Part shown: in pieces, positions 9,106 to 19,272 of the stretch
How positions within the stretch are numbered: position 1 is the stretch's first letter
How the letters are laid out: every line of letters starts with the position of its first letter
Assembly: GCA_903831865.1 (NCBI GenBank)
Contig: CAIKZH010000014.1
Span: forward strand, 1 to 59,071
Origin: an uncultured Coriobacteriia bacterium
GTDB taxonomy: Bacteria > Actinomycetota > Coriobacteriia > Anaerosomatales > PALSA-660
Direction: 5' to 3'
DNA length: 59,071 nucleotides
Translations under genes and position numbers: made by a program
The notes under the pieces: model-generated
Database searches by the model: none
The model's input: only the letters and a program-made list of their open reading frames with translations
What the model was told of the DNA's origin: nothing

Positions 9106-11985
9106 TCATGAGAGGTCGGAGGCCGCTTGGGGCGCCTTGTCGATCTTGCCTATCTTGAGGTCCGGCTTGTGCCATGTCATGCGCAGGAAGAACTTGCGTA
9201 TCTCGTCGGCTATGAGGAGGACCGGCGTGAACAGTGCCATGACCGCCCACTCCTGCCATGTCAGCGCCGCCGTGCTGAACACCCTCTGAAGCACAGGTAT
9301 GTACATCAGAGCCGCAAGGCCCAGCAGCTCTCCGCCGACGCCCCACAGCCGCAGCTTGTTGGAGAAGAACCCGACCGCGAGGATCGACTGGCGGTGGGTC
9401 CGCATCGCGAAGCCGTTGCCGACCTGCGCCATGACGATACCAGTGAGCGTCATCGTCGTGGCGATCATGTAGATACCGGTGGCCGGTGCCGAACCGAGCG
9501 GGGCGTGCCCGAGCGCCGCCATCGCGGCCCAGTTCCCGAAATGCCAGCCGTGCTCCACGTACGTGTAGAAGAAGCCGAAGAGGCCGATCGCGGCCGCGAG
9601 GGGACCCAGGAACATGTACGCCTTGATGACCATGCCGAAGGTCAGGATCGGCTCCCCGGGACGCTTCGGCGGGCGCCGCATGACGCCCGGCTCCGGCTGC
9701 TCGAGTCCGAGAGCCAGCGCGGGGACCTGATCGGTCAGGAGGTCGATGGTGAGTATCTGCAGCAGCGTGAGCGGCAGTGGGATGCCGAGGAAGATCATGG
9801 CGAGGAACGGGAACATCTCGGCTACGTTGGAGACTTGGAAGTAGGTCAGGAAGCGCCGGATGTTGTCGAAGATCGCACGCCCTTCCTCCACCGCGGCGAC
9901 GATGCTCGCGAAGTTGTCGTCGGTGAGGATCATGTCGGCGGCCTCGCGGGCCACATCGGTGCCTGCCTTGCCCATCGCGATGCCGATGTCCGCGGCCTTC
10001 AGGGCAGGGGCGTCGTTGACGCCATCGCCAGTCATCGCGACGACCTCGCCCATCGACTGCAGCGCCTGTGCGATTCGCATCTTGTGCTCGGGCACGACGC
10101 GGGCGAAGACGACCTCGCCGGTCAGCGCTTCCTTGAGGGCGAAGTCGGCCATGCCCTCAAGGTCATTGCCGGTGATGACGCGGGCCTCCTCGCCGTGGCA
10201 GATGCCGATCTTGCGGGCGATGGCCTCCGCGGTCAGTCCGTAGTCGCCGGTGATCATGACAACGCGGATTCCCGCCGTGTGGCACTCCGCGACCGCGGCG
10301 GTGACCTCCGGACGGGGCGGGTCCTGCATGGCCTCGAGACCGAGCAGCGTGAGGCCGGTCTCGACGGCCGACATCTCCGCGGCGTCTTCGCGAGAATCGA
10401 CATGACGCTGCGCGACGGCGATGACGCGAAGCGCCTGACTCGCCAGGCCGTCGTTCGCCTCGAATGCGGCGCGGCGGTCGCCTTCCGTGATCGGCCGCAC
10501 GCCGGCGCCGTCGCGCACATGCGTGCACAGGTCGATCGTCTCTTTCGGCGCGCCCTTGACGTAGGCGATGAGCTCGCCGGCGACGTCGCATACCACCGTC
10601 ATGCGCTTGCGCGAGGAATCGAAGGGATGTTCGAACCTGCGGGGGCGCTCCTCTTCAAGCGCCTCGATGTCGAAGCCGTCCTTGGCCGCCGCGACCAGCA
10701 TGGCGGCCTCGGTCGGGTCGCCGAGGATCGTCCACAGTCCGCTCTCCTCCTCGGGAGCACGAAGGCGGGCGTTGTTGCACAGCACTGCGGCGGCCAGGCA
10801 CTCCGACAGGCGGGTCTTGTCCTGCCCGGCCACCGGCTTGCCGTGCGCCGAGAACGAGCCGACGGGCGCATACCCGACGCCGTCGACCTCGATCGCGAGC
10901 CCGGGCAGCCACACCTCGCGCACCGTCATCTGGTTCGCAGTGAGGGTGCCGGTCTTGTCGGTGCAGATGACGGTGGTGGAGCCCAGTGTCTCGACGCTCG
11001 ACAGCTTCTTGACCAGCACATTGCGCTTGGCCATCCGCTGCGCGGCCACGGAGAGGGCCATCGTCAGGGTGGGCAGCAGTCCTTCGGGGACGTTGGCCAC
11101 GATGATGCCGATGGCGAACACCGCCGCCGCGAGCCAGTCCATGCCGACGAAGACCTTGCCCAGGATGAAGAAGAACACCCCGAGTACCACCGCGATGAGC
11201 GAGATGAGCTTCGATAGCCGCTCGATGTTCTTCTGCAGCGGTGAGAGCCGGTCGGCGACGCTCTGAGTGAGTCCCGCGATCTTGCCGAACTCCGTGCTCA
11301 TGCCCGTGGCGTACACGACCGCGCGGCCCTGCCCCAGGACCGCGGTGCTGCCGGTGAAGATGAAGCTCTCGACGTCGGTGATCGACGGGGGGTCCGTGCA
11401 GAGCACGTCCGCGCGTCTCATCACGGGGTCGACCTCGCCGGTGAGCGCGGAGTTGTCGACGCGCAGGTCGGCTGCGTAGACGAGTCGGGCGTCGGCGGAG
11501 ATCAGGTCGCCCTCTTCGACGACGAGCAGATCGCCCGGCACCAGGGTCTTCGCCTCGATCTCCTGCATCTGACCGTCGCGGACGACCTTGGCCTTGGGCG
11601 GCAGCATGTTCCGAAGCGCTTCGATGGCCTTCTCGGCGCGGAACTCCTGCACGAAGGCGAAGACCGCGTTGAGCAGGATGACCAGGATGATGGCGAATCC
11701 CAGCGCGGCCTGGTCCGAGGCGAACGAGAGGGCCGAGGCGACCCAGAGAAGGATCGCGAACATGTTGACGAGGTGCGCGCCGAACCGCCGCCACATCGGG
11801 ATCGGCTTCTTGGCGGTGAGGACATTGTCCCCGAAGGCCTCGAGCCGCCTGGCGGCCTCGTCGGCGCTCAGGCCCTTCCGCGAGCTCTGCAGCAGTCCGT
11901 ACGCCGCCTCAGGCGCGACGCCACAAAGATCGGAGGGGCCTGCCATAGCTTCTTCGGGCTCGTCCATAGGTCCTCGTCCCGGCAC
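9106..11985 (-). CDS. Cation-transporting P-type ATPase, type II (Ca2+/Mg2+-like)
   Basis: ICTDKTGTLT phosphorylation site, TGDGVNDAPALK hinge, NVPEGLLPT in TM4, about 10 TM segments. The start could be the internal MDEPEE. Confidence 0.9.
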   Translation of the reverse strand: MPGRGPMDEPEEAMAGPSDLCGVAPEAAYGLLQSSRKGLSADEAARRLEAFGDNVLTAKKPIPMWRRFGAHLVNMFAILLWVASALSFASDQAALGFAIILVILLNAVFAFVQEFRAEKAIEALRNMLPPKAKVVRDGQMQEIEAKTLVPGDLLVVEEGDLISADARLVYAADLRVDNSALTGEVDPVMRRADVLCTDPPSITDVESFIFTGSTAVLGQGRAVVYATGMSTEFGKIAGLTQSVADRLSPLQKNIERLSKLISLIAVVLGVFFFILGKVFVGMDWLAAAVFAIGIIVANVPEGLLPTLTMALSVAAQRMAKRNVLVKKLSSVETLGSTTVICTDKTGTLTANQMTVREVWLPGLAIEVDGVGYAPVGSFSAHGKPVAGQDKTRLSECLAAAVLCNNARLRAPEEESGLWTILGDPTEAAMLVAAAKDGFDIEALEEERPRRFEHPFDSSRKRMTVVCDVAGELIAYVKGAPKETIDLCTHVRDGAGVRPITEGDRRAAFEANDGLASQALRVIAVAQRHVDSREDAAEMSAVETGLTLLGLEAMQDPPRPEVTAAVAECHTAGIRVVMITGDYGLTAEAIARKIGICHGEEARVITGNDLEGMADFALKEALTGEVVFARVVPEHKMRIAQALQSMGEVVAMTGDGVNDAPALKAADIGIAMGKAGTDVAREAADMILTDDNFASIVAAVEEGRAIFDNIRRFLTYFQVSNVAEMFPFLAMIFLGIPLPLTLLQILTIDLLTDQVPALALGLEQPEPGVMRRPPKRPGEPILTFGMVIKAYMFLGPLAAAIGLFGFFYTYVEHGWHFGNWAAMAALGHAPLGSAPATGIYMIATTMTLTGIVMAQVGNGFAMRTHRQSILAVGFFSNKLRLWGVGGELLGLAALMYIPVLQRVFSTAALTWQEWAVMALFTPVLLIADEIRKFFLRMTWHKPDLKIGKIDKAPQAASDLS

Positions 11986-12114
11986 AGGCCCCGCGCGGTG
12001 CTCAGGGCGACGCCACTACATGAGAGGGAAGGCTACTCCTTAGGCGCTGACGCCGTCGAGAGGAATCCGCCGACCGCGCCCGTTCGCGTCGTGCCCTCTG
12101 GCCGCTCGGCGCCG

Positions 12115-12684
12115 CTACCGCAGCGGGCCTACGCGACTCAGAGGCCAGTAGATGAAGAAGCCCTGACCACGGATGGTGGAGATCGGGACGGGCCCGAACC
12201 AGCGGCTGTCCTCGCTCGAGGTCCGGTTATCTCCCATCATCCACACGTAGCCGGCCGGTATCTTCACAGGCAGCTTCAGTGGGCCGGGGTAGTCGGGCTC
12301 GCCGTGCGTGTACGGCTCTACGAGGGCCTTGCCATCGACCCAGACCCTGCCGTCACGCACGTCCACCGTCTGCCCGCCCACTGCGATGACGCGCTTGATG
12401 AGAGTGGGGACTGTCTTGGTCGGATCGTCGAAGACGGCGATGTCGCCGCGCTCGGGCTGCCTCAGCCGGTAGATGACCTTGTTCGCCAGCAGGTGGTCGC
12501 CGAGTTGGATCGTCGGCAGCATGGAGCCCGTGGGCACCTCATACGGCTCGACCACGTAGGTGCGGAGAGCGAACGCGATGACGACTGCCACCGCCAGCGT
12601 CACGACGAACTCCAGAAGCTGACCTGCTGCGCTCCCGCGGTCCTTGACGCCGGCCTTCTGCGGGGTGCGATCGTAGTCGTTCAT
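12115..12684 (-). CDS. lepB: Signal peptidase I
   Basis: SPase I boxes GSMLPT (Ser), KRVIAVGGQ (Lys) and GDNRTSSEDSR, with an N-terminal TM helix. Confidence 0.9.
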   Translation of the reverse strand: MNDYDRTPQKAGVKDRGSAAGQLLEFVVTLAVAVVIAFALRTYVVEPYEVPTGSMLPTIQLGDHLLANKVIYRLRQPERGDIAVFDDPTKTVPTLIKRVIAVGGQTVDVRDGRVWVDGKALVEPYTHGEPDYPGPLKLPVKIPAGYVWMMGDNRTSSEDSRWFGPVPISTIRGQGFFIYWPLSRVGPLR

Positions 12685-12908
12685 GGTCCTCCGTAACCGG
12701 TGGCCTCGTCATGATCAGACGCTCGAGCATGGTAGCAGCACGTGTCACGCCGGTTCGCGACGAGTGATGGGGTCGGGCGCCGTTGCGAGACATCGGCGAC
12801 GGCCCAATTCGGGTCCGGAGCGTTCCTTGTGGTTCCTCCCCGCCTGATCGGGAAATATGCTCAGCAGTCACTCAGGCAGGTGTCGCCACGGGGGAGGGCT
12901 CACATCTC

Positions 12909-13436
12909 ATGTCGCAGACTCGGTCCCGCTCGACGATGACAGCACGCCGCACCAGCACGCTGGTGGCGATCGGCGCGGTGCTGCTGGCCACGATGGTGGC
13001 GGGATGCACCATGGCATCGAGCCAGAGAATGCGGACGGTCGGTTCGACCCGGCCCGCCGCGATGTCCGGCTCCACCGGGCGCGTGGTGCCCGCGTCCAAC
13101 GTGCAGACGTGCCTCACGTGTGACCAGGGCAAGATGCCGGCGACGGTCGAGGGCCACGCGACGCTGGAGAACGGTGTGCAGGTCCTGAGTATCGCGATCC
13201 GGGGCGGCACCTACGTACCCAACACGTTCGCGGTGAAGGCCGGCGTGCCGGTCAAGGTCGTGTTCGCGGGGAGGGCGAAGGGATGCCTGGCGAAGCCGAC
13301 GTTCAAGTCACTCGGCAAGCAGGTGGACCTCACGGCCACTGACACGGGGTCGGTCGTGCTCGGCCCGCTCGCACCGGGCACGTACAAGTTCACGTGCGCC
13401 ATGGGCATGAACGGCGGGACCATCACCGCGAACTAG
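12909..13436 (+). CDS. Cupredoxin-like lipoprotein (putative copper-binding)
   Basis: ATG 12909 lies after GGGGGAGGG. Signal peptide with lipobox (LLATMVAGC). C-terminal PGTYKFTCAMGMNGG motif as in cupredoxin_1-type domains found next to Cu ATPases. Confidence 0.7.
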   Translation: MSQTRSRSTMTARRTSTLVAIGAVLLATMVAGCTMASSQRMRTVGSTRPAAMSGSTGRVVPASNVQTCLTCDQGKMPATVEGHATLENGVQVLSIAIRGGTYVPNTFAVKAGVPVKVVFAGRAKGCLAKPTFKSLGKQVDLTATDTGSVVLGPLAPGTYKFTCAMGMNGGTITAN

Positions 13437-13632
13437 AGGCGAGGGCGGGCGCGGCTCGCATCGCGGGGCGCCCACGCGTCAAGGCCCTTTCGCCCTCGGG
13501 CCCGACTGGCGCGGGCCTTGCAATCATAGGTGGCGCGGGGTAGGGCGAGTGACCGGGCGAGGATCCCCGTCGCCGCATCGTGGAATGTACGCGCCCGCTG
13601 CACGAGCTGCGAACGTCAGAAGGGCCCGCTGG

Positions 13633-14727
13633 ATGGACCTGTTCCTCTCGATGCTCGTCCTCGGGGTGGTCACGAGCCTTCACTGCGTCGCAATGTGCGG
13701 CGGCCTTGTGGTCACGTATGCCGTCCAGGGAACAGGCGACGGACCGGTGCTCAGTCGCCTCGCGCCGCACTCGGCCTACCAGGGCGCGAAGATAGCCAGC
13801 TACGCGGTGGTTGCGCTGGTGCTTGGCGGGGTGGTGGCGCTGCTCGGCCATGCGGTCAACATCACAGGCTTCCGCGACTGGCTCATGATCCTGGCGGGAC
13901 CGTATATGGTGCTGCTCGGCCTGAGCATGACCGGCAAGTTCCCGGTGCTGCGCCGTCTCTCGCCCAAGCCGCCCGAGTTCCTGATCGAGGCACTGTCGCG
14001 CAACCGGCGCGACGCGAAAACGAAGGCGGCCGAGGGCCGGACGTCTCTCGCTGCGCCGGCCGCCTTCGGCGCCCTCACCGGCCTGATGCCATGCGCGCCG
14101 CTGATCGCGGCGCAGGCCGCCGCGATCTCGAGCGGCTCGCCGCTCACCGCGGCCTTCGCGATGGTCGGGTTCGGGCTGGGGACAGCCCCGCTGATGATGG
14201 TGTTCGGTCTCGGTTCGTCCCTGCTGTCGAGCGCCTTCCAGAAGAGGCTGCAGATCGTGGCCGCCCTCGCAGTGATCGTCTTCGGGCTGATCATCTTCAA
14301 CCGGGGTCTCGAACTCGTCGGCTCCCCGGCGAGCTTCGACTCGATCGCAGCGGCGGTCACGGGTTCGCGGTCAGGGCAGCAGTCGGCCGGCTCGTCGGGC
14401 GGGTTCAAGGTGGCCGCCGACGGCGTGGTGGAGGTACCGATCACGATCCGTGACACGGCCTACATCCCTCGCAGCGTCGTGATCCCGGCCGACCGACGCG
14501 TCCGGCTGGTCGTCGACCGCCAGGAGGATGCTGCGTGCTCGTCGCAGCTTGCGATCCCCGCGGCGAGCAACCTGCTCGTGGACCTGAAGGCGAACGGAGT
14601 GACCCGCGTAGACGTGCCGCCGATGAAGGCGGGCACCTACACGCTGACCTGCGGCATGGGCATGATGTCCGGCCGCATCGTGGCCGTCGCCGAAGGTGAC
14701 TCGAAGGCGGGCGCGAAGGGGCCGTGA
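13633..14727 (+). CDS. DsbD_2/TauE-like membrane protein fused to a C-terminal cupredoxin-like domain
   Basis: TM region with SLHCVAMCGG and GLMPCAPL motifs (DsbD_2-type). C-terminal AGTYTLTCGMGMMSG is paralogous to the upstream lipoprotein. The track ORF begins at 13549, so the start is uncertain (13549, 13585 or 13633). Confidence 0.7.
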   Translation: MDLFLSMLVLGVVTSLHCVAMCGGLVVTYAVQGTGDGPVLSRLAPHSAYQGAKIASYAVVALVLGGVVALLGHAVNITGFRDWLMILAGPYMVLLGLSMTGKFPVLRRLSPKPPEFLIEALSRNRRDAKTKAAEGRTSLAAPAAFGALTGLMPCAPLIAAQAAAISSGSPLTAAFAMVGFGLGTAPLMMVFGLGSSLLSSAFQKRLQIVAALAVIVFGLIIFNRGLELVGSPASFDSIAAAVTGSRSGQQSAGSSGGFKVAADGVVEVPITIRDTAYIPRSVVIPADRRVRLVVDRQEDAACSSQLAIPAASNLLVDLKANGVTRVDVPPMKAGTYTLTCGMGMMSGRIVAVAEGDSKAGAKGP

Positions 14728-14849
14728 CGCGCTTCCGGCCCTGCGTGCGACGTGGGGCGATGCTGTCGCAGCTCCACTGATTGCGCGATACTTCCCCGCG
14801 GGCGTGTGGTGACGCCACGGCCGATGCTTCGAACGAGGAGTGCTGTGAC

Positions 14850-17474
14850 ATGCAGGAAAGCGTGAGCACACCCCCGACGGATGGCGACGGTCCTGATCCT
14901 CGAGACGCCTCCTTCGCGGTCACTGGCATGACCTGCGCCTCGTGCGCAGCAGTCATCGAGAAGGTCGTCTCCAGGCTGCCCGGCGTCGAGTCGGCAGCCG
15001 TGAACCTCGCCACCGAGAAGATGGCGGTGCGCTACGACGCGTCTTCGATCGACGTGGTCTCCATTGTCGCGGCGGTGGACAAAGCCGGCTACGGCGCTCT
15101 CCCGCTGGAAGGTGCGAGTGCGCCCTCGGCAGGCGGGGAGGGCACGACCTCTGGTGTAGCGGAGGACTCGGCCAAGGTCACACTCGGCGTCATCGGGATG
15201 ACCTGCTCCTCGTGTGCGACCGTGATCGAGAAGACCCTCGTGAAGGTCGCTGGCGTGCGCTCGGCAGCGGTGAACCTCGCGGCCGAGACGGCCGCGATCT
15301 CCTTCGACCCGGCTGTCGTCGGCATCGACTCGCTGATCGCCGCGGTCAAGGACGCGGGCTACGACGCGGTGATGCGCGTTGAGACGGGCACGGCGGCTGA
15401 CGAGGGCGGCCAGGACCTGCAGCGTGAAGCTCAGGCGGCGCACGCGCGCAGTCAGCGCAACCTGTTCCTGTTCGCGCTCGTGTTCTCGCTGCCGCTCGCA
15501 GTGATGATGCTGCCCGGTGCGATGGACGGGATCTCGAGCGTGGTCGCCATGTGGCTCAGGAACACCGTCGGCGGCATGTGGGAGCCGATGATGGTGGGAA
15601 AGTACCTGGGGTTCCTGCTCGCCACGCCCGTCCAGGTGGTGTGCGGCGCCCAGTTCTATCGCGGCTTCTGGCACGCGTTGAAGCGCCGCACCGGCAACAT
15701 GGACACGCTGATCGCGATCGGGACTTCCTCGGCGTACCTCTACTCGCTGGCGGCGACCTTCATCCCTGCCCTGCAGGCCGAACCGGTCTTCTTCGAGACC
15801 TCGGCATTCCTCCTGACCTTCGTGATCCTGGGCAAGCTGCTCGAGGCGAGAGCGAAGGGCCGCACCGGCGACGCCATCAAGAAGCTGATGGGACTGGCCG
15901 CGAAGACGGCGAGGGTCGTGCGCGGCGGAGTCGAGACCGACGTCGCGGTGCAACAGGTCGTGGCCGGCGACGTCGTCGTGGTGCGTCCGGGCGAGAAGGT
16001 CCCTGTGGACGGTCTCGTCATCGAGGGCCGCAGCAGCATCGACGAGTCGATGCTCACCGGAGAATCGATCCCGGTGGAGAAGAACGTCGGCGACTCCGTC
16101 ATCGGCGCCACGATGAACAAGCTCGGCGCCTTCCACTTCCGCGCCACCAAGGTCGGCCGCGACACCGCTCTCGCCCAGATCGTGAGGCTCGTCGAGGATG
16201 CGCAGGGCTCCAAGGCGCCGGTGCAGCGGTTCGCCGACCGCATCTCCGCGGTGTTCGTACCCGCCGTGGTGGGAGCCGCCGTGCTCACATTCCTGGTGTG
16301 GCTCCTGGTCGTGCCGCACTTCATGCCGCCGTCGTTCTACGTAGCCGCCGCGCCGTTCGTGAAGGCGCTGCTCGCGGGGACCGCGGTGGTGGTCATCGCC
16401 TGCCCATGCGCGTTGGGACTCGCAACGCCGACAGCGATCATGGTCGGCACAGGCAAGGGCGCCGAGAACGGCATCCTCATCAAGAGCGGGGAAGCGCTCG
16501 AGACCGCCTACAAGATCCAGGCGGTCGTCTTTGACAAGACCGGGACACTGACGCATGGCGCGCCGGTGGTCACCGATGTCGAGTCCTTCGCGGAAGGTGG
16601 CGACGAGGAGTCATTGCGCCTCGCGGCCTCTCTTGAGAAGAGCAGCGAGCATCCACTTGCCGAGGCGATCGTCAGCCACGCCGCCGAGAAGGGCGTGGCG
16701 CTCGCCGACGTCTCCGAGTTCAACGCGGTGCCGGGGCACGGCGTCGAGGGCGTGGTCGACGGGCATCGGGTGGCGCTCGGCAACAGAGCTCTCATGGCCC
16801 GCGAGGGCGTGGACGTGAGCGCGCATGCGCACGACATCGAGTCGCTCGAGTCCGAGGGCAAGACCGTCATGCTCACTGCCGTCGACGGGCGGCTTGCCGC
16901 ACTGATCGCGGTGGCCGACACGCTCAAGGACAACTCGAGGCAGGCGGTCGAACGCCTGGGCAAGATGGGCGTCGCCGTCTACATGCTCACTGGAGACAAC
17001 CGCCGTACCGCGCAGGCGATCGCGCAGCAGGCCGGCATCGATCCCGACCACGTCCTGGCCGAGGTGCTTCCCGAGCACAAGGCCGAGGAGGTCGGGCGCC
17101 TGCAGAGCAGGGGACTCGTGGTCGCGATGGTCGGCGACGGCATCAACGACACGCCGGCGCTCGCGAAGGCTGACGTGGGTATCGCGATGGGGGCCGGCAC
17201 GGACGTCGCGATGGAGACGGGCGGCATCGTGCTCATCAAGAACGACCTGCGCGACGCCGTGACTGCCATCGAGCTCTCTCGCGCGACGATGCGCAAGATC
17301 CACCAGAACTTCTTCTGGGCGCTGGGCTACAACACGCTGGGCATCCCCATCGCCGCCCTCGGCCTGCTGCGTCCGGAACTCGCCGGCGCCGCGATGGCGC
17401 TCTCAAGCGTAAGTGTCGTTTCCAGCTCCCTGCTGCTGCGGCGGTTCCGGCCAAGCTTCGCCAAGGCGACGTAG
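14850..17474 (+). CDS. copA: Copper-translocating P1B-type ATPase with two N-terminal HMA domains
   Basis: [13 protein letters not shown] and [13 protein letters not shown] (HMA x2), CPC in TM6 ([11 protein letters not shown]), [21 protein letters not shown] 14850 lies after GAGGAG. Confidence 0.92.
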   Translation: MQESVSTPPTDGDGPDPRDASFAVTGMTCASCAAVIEKVVSRLPGVESAAVNLATEKMAVRYDASSIDVVSIVAAVDKAGYGALPLEGASAPSAGGEGTTSGVAEDSAKVTLGVIGMTCSSCATVIEKTLVKVAGVRSAAVNLAAETAAISFDPAVVGIDSLIAAVKDAGYDAVMRVETGTAADEGGQDLQREAQAAHARSQRNLFLFALVFSLPLAVMMLPGAMDGISSVVAMWLRNTVGGMWEPMMVGKYLGFLLATPVQVVCGAQFYRGFWHALKRRTGNMDTLIAIGTSSAYLYSLAATFIPALQAEPVFFETSAFLLTFVILGKLLEARAKGRTGDAIKKLMGLAAKTARVVRGGVETDVAVQQVVAGDVVVVRPGEKVPVDGLVIEGRSSIDESMLTGESIPVEKNVGDSVIGATMNKLGAFHFRATKVGRDTALAQIVRLVEDAQGSKAPVQRFADRISAVFVPAVVGAAVLTFLVWLLVVPHFMPPSFYVAAAPFVKALLAGTAVVVIACPCALGLATPTAIMVGTGKGAENGILIKSGEALETAYKIQAVVFDKTGTLTHGAPVVTDVESFAEGGDEESLRLAASLEKSSEHPLAEAIVSHAAEKGVALADVSEFNAVPGHGVEGVVDGHRVALGNRALMAREGVDVSAHAHDIESLESEGKTVMLTAVDGRLAALIAVADTLKDNSRQAVERLGKMGVAVYMLTGDNRRTAQAIAQQAGIDPDHVLAEVLPEHKAEEVGRLQSRGLVVAMVGDGINDTPALAKADVGIAMGAGTDVAMETGGIVLIKNDLRDAVTAIELSRATMRKIHQNFFWALGYNTLGIPIAALGLLRPELAGAAMALSSVSVVSSSLLLRRFRPSFAKAT

Positions 17475-17516
17475 GCGGAGGCTCGCGGGTCACGGAGGCG
17501 CCGGCCCACCTCGTTC

Positions 17517-17894
17517 TTAGGCGCGCTCCACCTCGGTCACGACGGTCGTCTTGATCTCGCGCACCAGGTTCTCGAGGGCGGGGATCACGACTGGCCGGAT
17601 CGTGCCCGCCACGAGCACGTACATGATGTCGTCCCCGACCACCAGCTCGCCCTCGTTCACCCACGCGTAGATCGCCTCGACGCCTTCGGTCCCGCTCGCA
17701 TCGCGAACGATCTCATCCAGTCGTGCGTGGTCGACCTCCAGCCTCATGCCGCTCACGATCGCGCCCGCGCGCGAGGTCCCGCGGACCACACCGTTGTGCA
17801 CCAGCATCATGCCGAGGCGATCGGGAGACGTCTCTCGTTTCGCCCTCGCGATCCAGGCCGCCACGTCGACTGAGTCGCACACCTCATAGCCCAT
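17517..17894 (-). CDS. MoaE-fold-like small protein (weak call) / hypothetical
   Basis: The GMMLVHNGVVRG...LEV...IYAWVNEGELVVGDDIMYVLVAG...REIK layout resembles molybdopterin synthase large subunit topology. Pattern-level only. Confidence 0.4.
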   Translation of the reverse strand: MGYEVCDSVDVAAWIARAKRETSPDRLGMMLVHNGVVRGTSRAGAIVSGMRLEVDHARLDEIVRDASGTEGVEAIYAWVNEGELVVGDDIMYVLVAGTIRPVVIPALENLVREIKTTVVTEVERA

Positions 17895-18022
17895 GTCCCA
17901 CGTCTCCCCTCGATGGCTGCCCGGGTGGGGCAGGGTCCCTCGGACAGCATCCTAGCGGAGAGTCGTGACACCGGCGTGTGGCGCCTCCCCGTCCGGCGCT
18001 CAGCCCTGCTCCGGCATGCCCC

Positions 18023-18055
18023 TTGCACTAGTCCATGCGCATATGCGAATATACT
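18023..18055 (+). promoter_or_regulatory. Candidate promoter/operator upstream of the first arsR-family gene
   Basis: An AT-rich island, unusual for this window, contains TTGCAC (18023-18028), the 10-bp perfect palindrome CGCATATGCG (18038-18047) and TATACT (18050-18055). The 21-nt hexamer spacing is not ideal. Confidence 0.3.
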
Positions 18056-18091
18056 TGCGACGAGGGGGATACGCCCCACGGGAGGTGCCCG

Positions 18092-18409
18092 ATGGACCCG
18101 GACTTCTACTGCATGCACTCCGCGCTGTGCAAGACGCTGGCGAACGAGAAGCGCCAGATGATCCTGGACGCGCTGCGCTGTGGCGAGTCGAGCGTGACCG
18201 ACCTCGTGGAGCGCACCGGCATCTCCCAGCCCAACATCTCGCAGCACCTCTCTCTGATGCGCGCGAACGGGGTCGTGCGGTCGCGACGCGACGGCACGCG
18301 CGTGCTCTACGAGATCAGCAACCCCAAGCTCATCCAGGCGTTCGACCTCATCACCGAGGTCATGCGGGAAACGATCGAGGAACGCTCGCGTGGCGCGAGG
18401 AGCGCCTGA
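18092..18409 (+). CDS. ArsR/SmtB-family metalloregulator
   Basis: Winged-HTH core LANEKRQMILDALRCGESSVTDLVERTGISQPNISQHLSLMRANGVV. ATG 18092 lies after GGGAGG; the track ORF begins at 18035. Confidence 0.85.
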   Translation: MDPDFYCMHSALCKTLANEKRQMILDALRCGESSVTDLVERTGISQPNISQHLSLMRANGVVRSRRDGTRVLYEISNPKLIQAFDLITEVMRETIEERSRGARSA

Positions 18410-18438
18410 GCTCGGTAGCGACAAGGAGGAAGAAGCCA

Positions 18439-18975
18439 GTGACACCGGATGTTGCACAGGCGATGGAACAGGTGAACGCGGTCGCGTCAGCGCCCGACGA
18501 CCGCCGCAAGAAGATCTCGATGGTGGTCATGAGCGGCGACATGGACAAGCTCTTCGGTGCCTTCATCATCGGCACCGGCGCGGCGGCCATGGGCATGGAA
18601 GTGACCATGTTCTTCACGTTCTGGGGGCTGCGCGCGCTCAAGCGCGCGGATGCGAAGACCGGGACGACCTTCTTCGGCAAGATGATGGGTCTGATGTACG
18701 GCGGCGGCATCGAGAAGGCCAGCCCGTCCAAGTTCTCCTTCGGCGGCATGGGCCGCTGGATGTTCGGCAAGATGATGGGGGCGCACAACGTGGCCACACT
18801 TCCACAGTTGCGTGACCTCGCCATCGACCTGGGCATCAACATGTACGGCTGCCAGATGTCCATGGACGTCATGGAGATCCCGCAGGAATCGTTCGTCAAG
18901 GGCGTCAAGGACCCGGTGGGCGTCGGCTTCTTCATCGCCGAGGCGCAGGAGTCCCAGGTCACCCTTTTCATCTAG
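18439..18975 (+). CDS. DsrE2-type (DsrE/DsrF-like, DrsE_2) protein
   Basis: GTG 18439 lies after AAGGAGGAAG. ISMVVMSGDMDKLFGAFIIGTGAAAMGMEVTMFFTFWGL...GCQMSMDVM are typical of DsrE2-like proteins found beside TusA. Confidence 0.75.
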   Translation: MTPDVAQAMEQVNAVASAPDDRRKKISMVVMSGDMDKLFGAFIIGTGAAAMGMEVTMFFTFWGLRALKRADAKTGTTFFGKMMGLMYGGGIEKASPSKFSFGGMGRWMFGKMMGAHNVATLPQLRDLAIDLGINMYGCQMSMDVMEIPQESFVKGVKDPVGVGFFIAEAQESQVTLFI

Positions 18976-19016
18976 CCGTCGGACGGCGCCGCCGCCCACC
19001 ACCCGAGAGAGAGGCT

Positions 19017-19262
19017 TTGACGATGAGCGACACGAAACCCGATCTGGAGCTCGACCTGCGCGGTCTGCTGTGCCCGATGCCGATGGTCAAGGTGTCACAG
19101 AACATCAGCAAGGTGCCCGTCGGCGGCACGGTGCGAGCCGTCGCGACCGACGCGGGCTCCATGGCCGATATCCCCGCGTGGGCGAAGTCGACCGGCAACG
19201 AGGTCGTGCAGGCGGAGAAGGTCGGCAGCGAGTACGTGTTCCTCGTCAAGCGTGTGAAGTAG
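19017..19262 (+). CDS. tusA: TusA/SirA-family sulfur carrier protein
   Basis: LDLRGLLCPMPMVKV carries the conserved CP-x-P cysteine motif. The size is about 80 aa. Confidence 0.85.
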   Translation: MTMSDTKPDLELDLRGLLCPMPMVKVSQNISKVPVGGTVRAVATDAGSMADIPAWAKSTGNEVVQAEKVGSEYVFLVKRVK

Positions 19263-19272
19263 AGGACGGGAC

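Noticed and set aside
9127-11217. 696-aa ORF on the plus strand, opposite the Ca/Mg-type P-type ATPase
   Set aside because: It is antisense to a well-supported gene. The composition is dominated by Arg, Asp, Gly and His, and no domain signature is present.
11986-12114. 129-nt leader upstream of the P-type ATPase, considered as a possible riboswitch (e.g. Mg2+-sensing) or attenuator
   Set aside because: I could not identify conserved riboswitch core sequences or a convincing terminator/antiterminator pair by eye. This would need a covariance-model scan.
14637-16556. 639-aa ORF on the minus strand, opposite copA
   Set aside because: It is fully antisense to a gene with unmistakable P1B-ATPase motifs. 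Its translation is Arg/His/Asp/Gly-rich with no motifs, which is the expected shadow ORF in GC-rich DNA.
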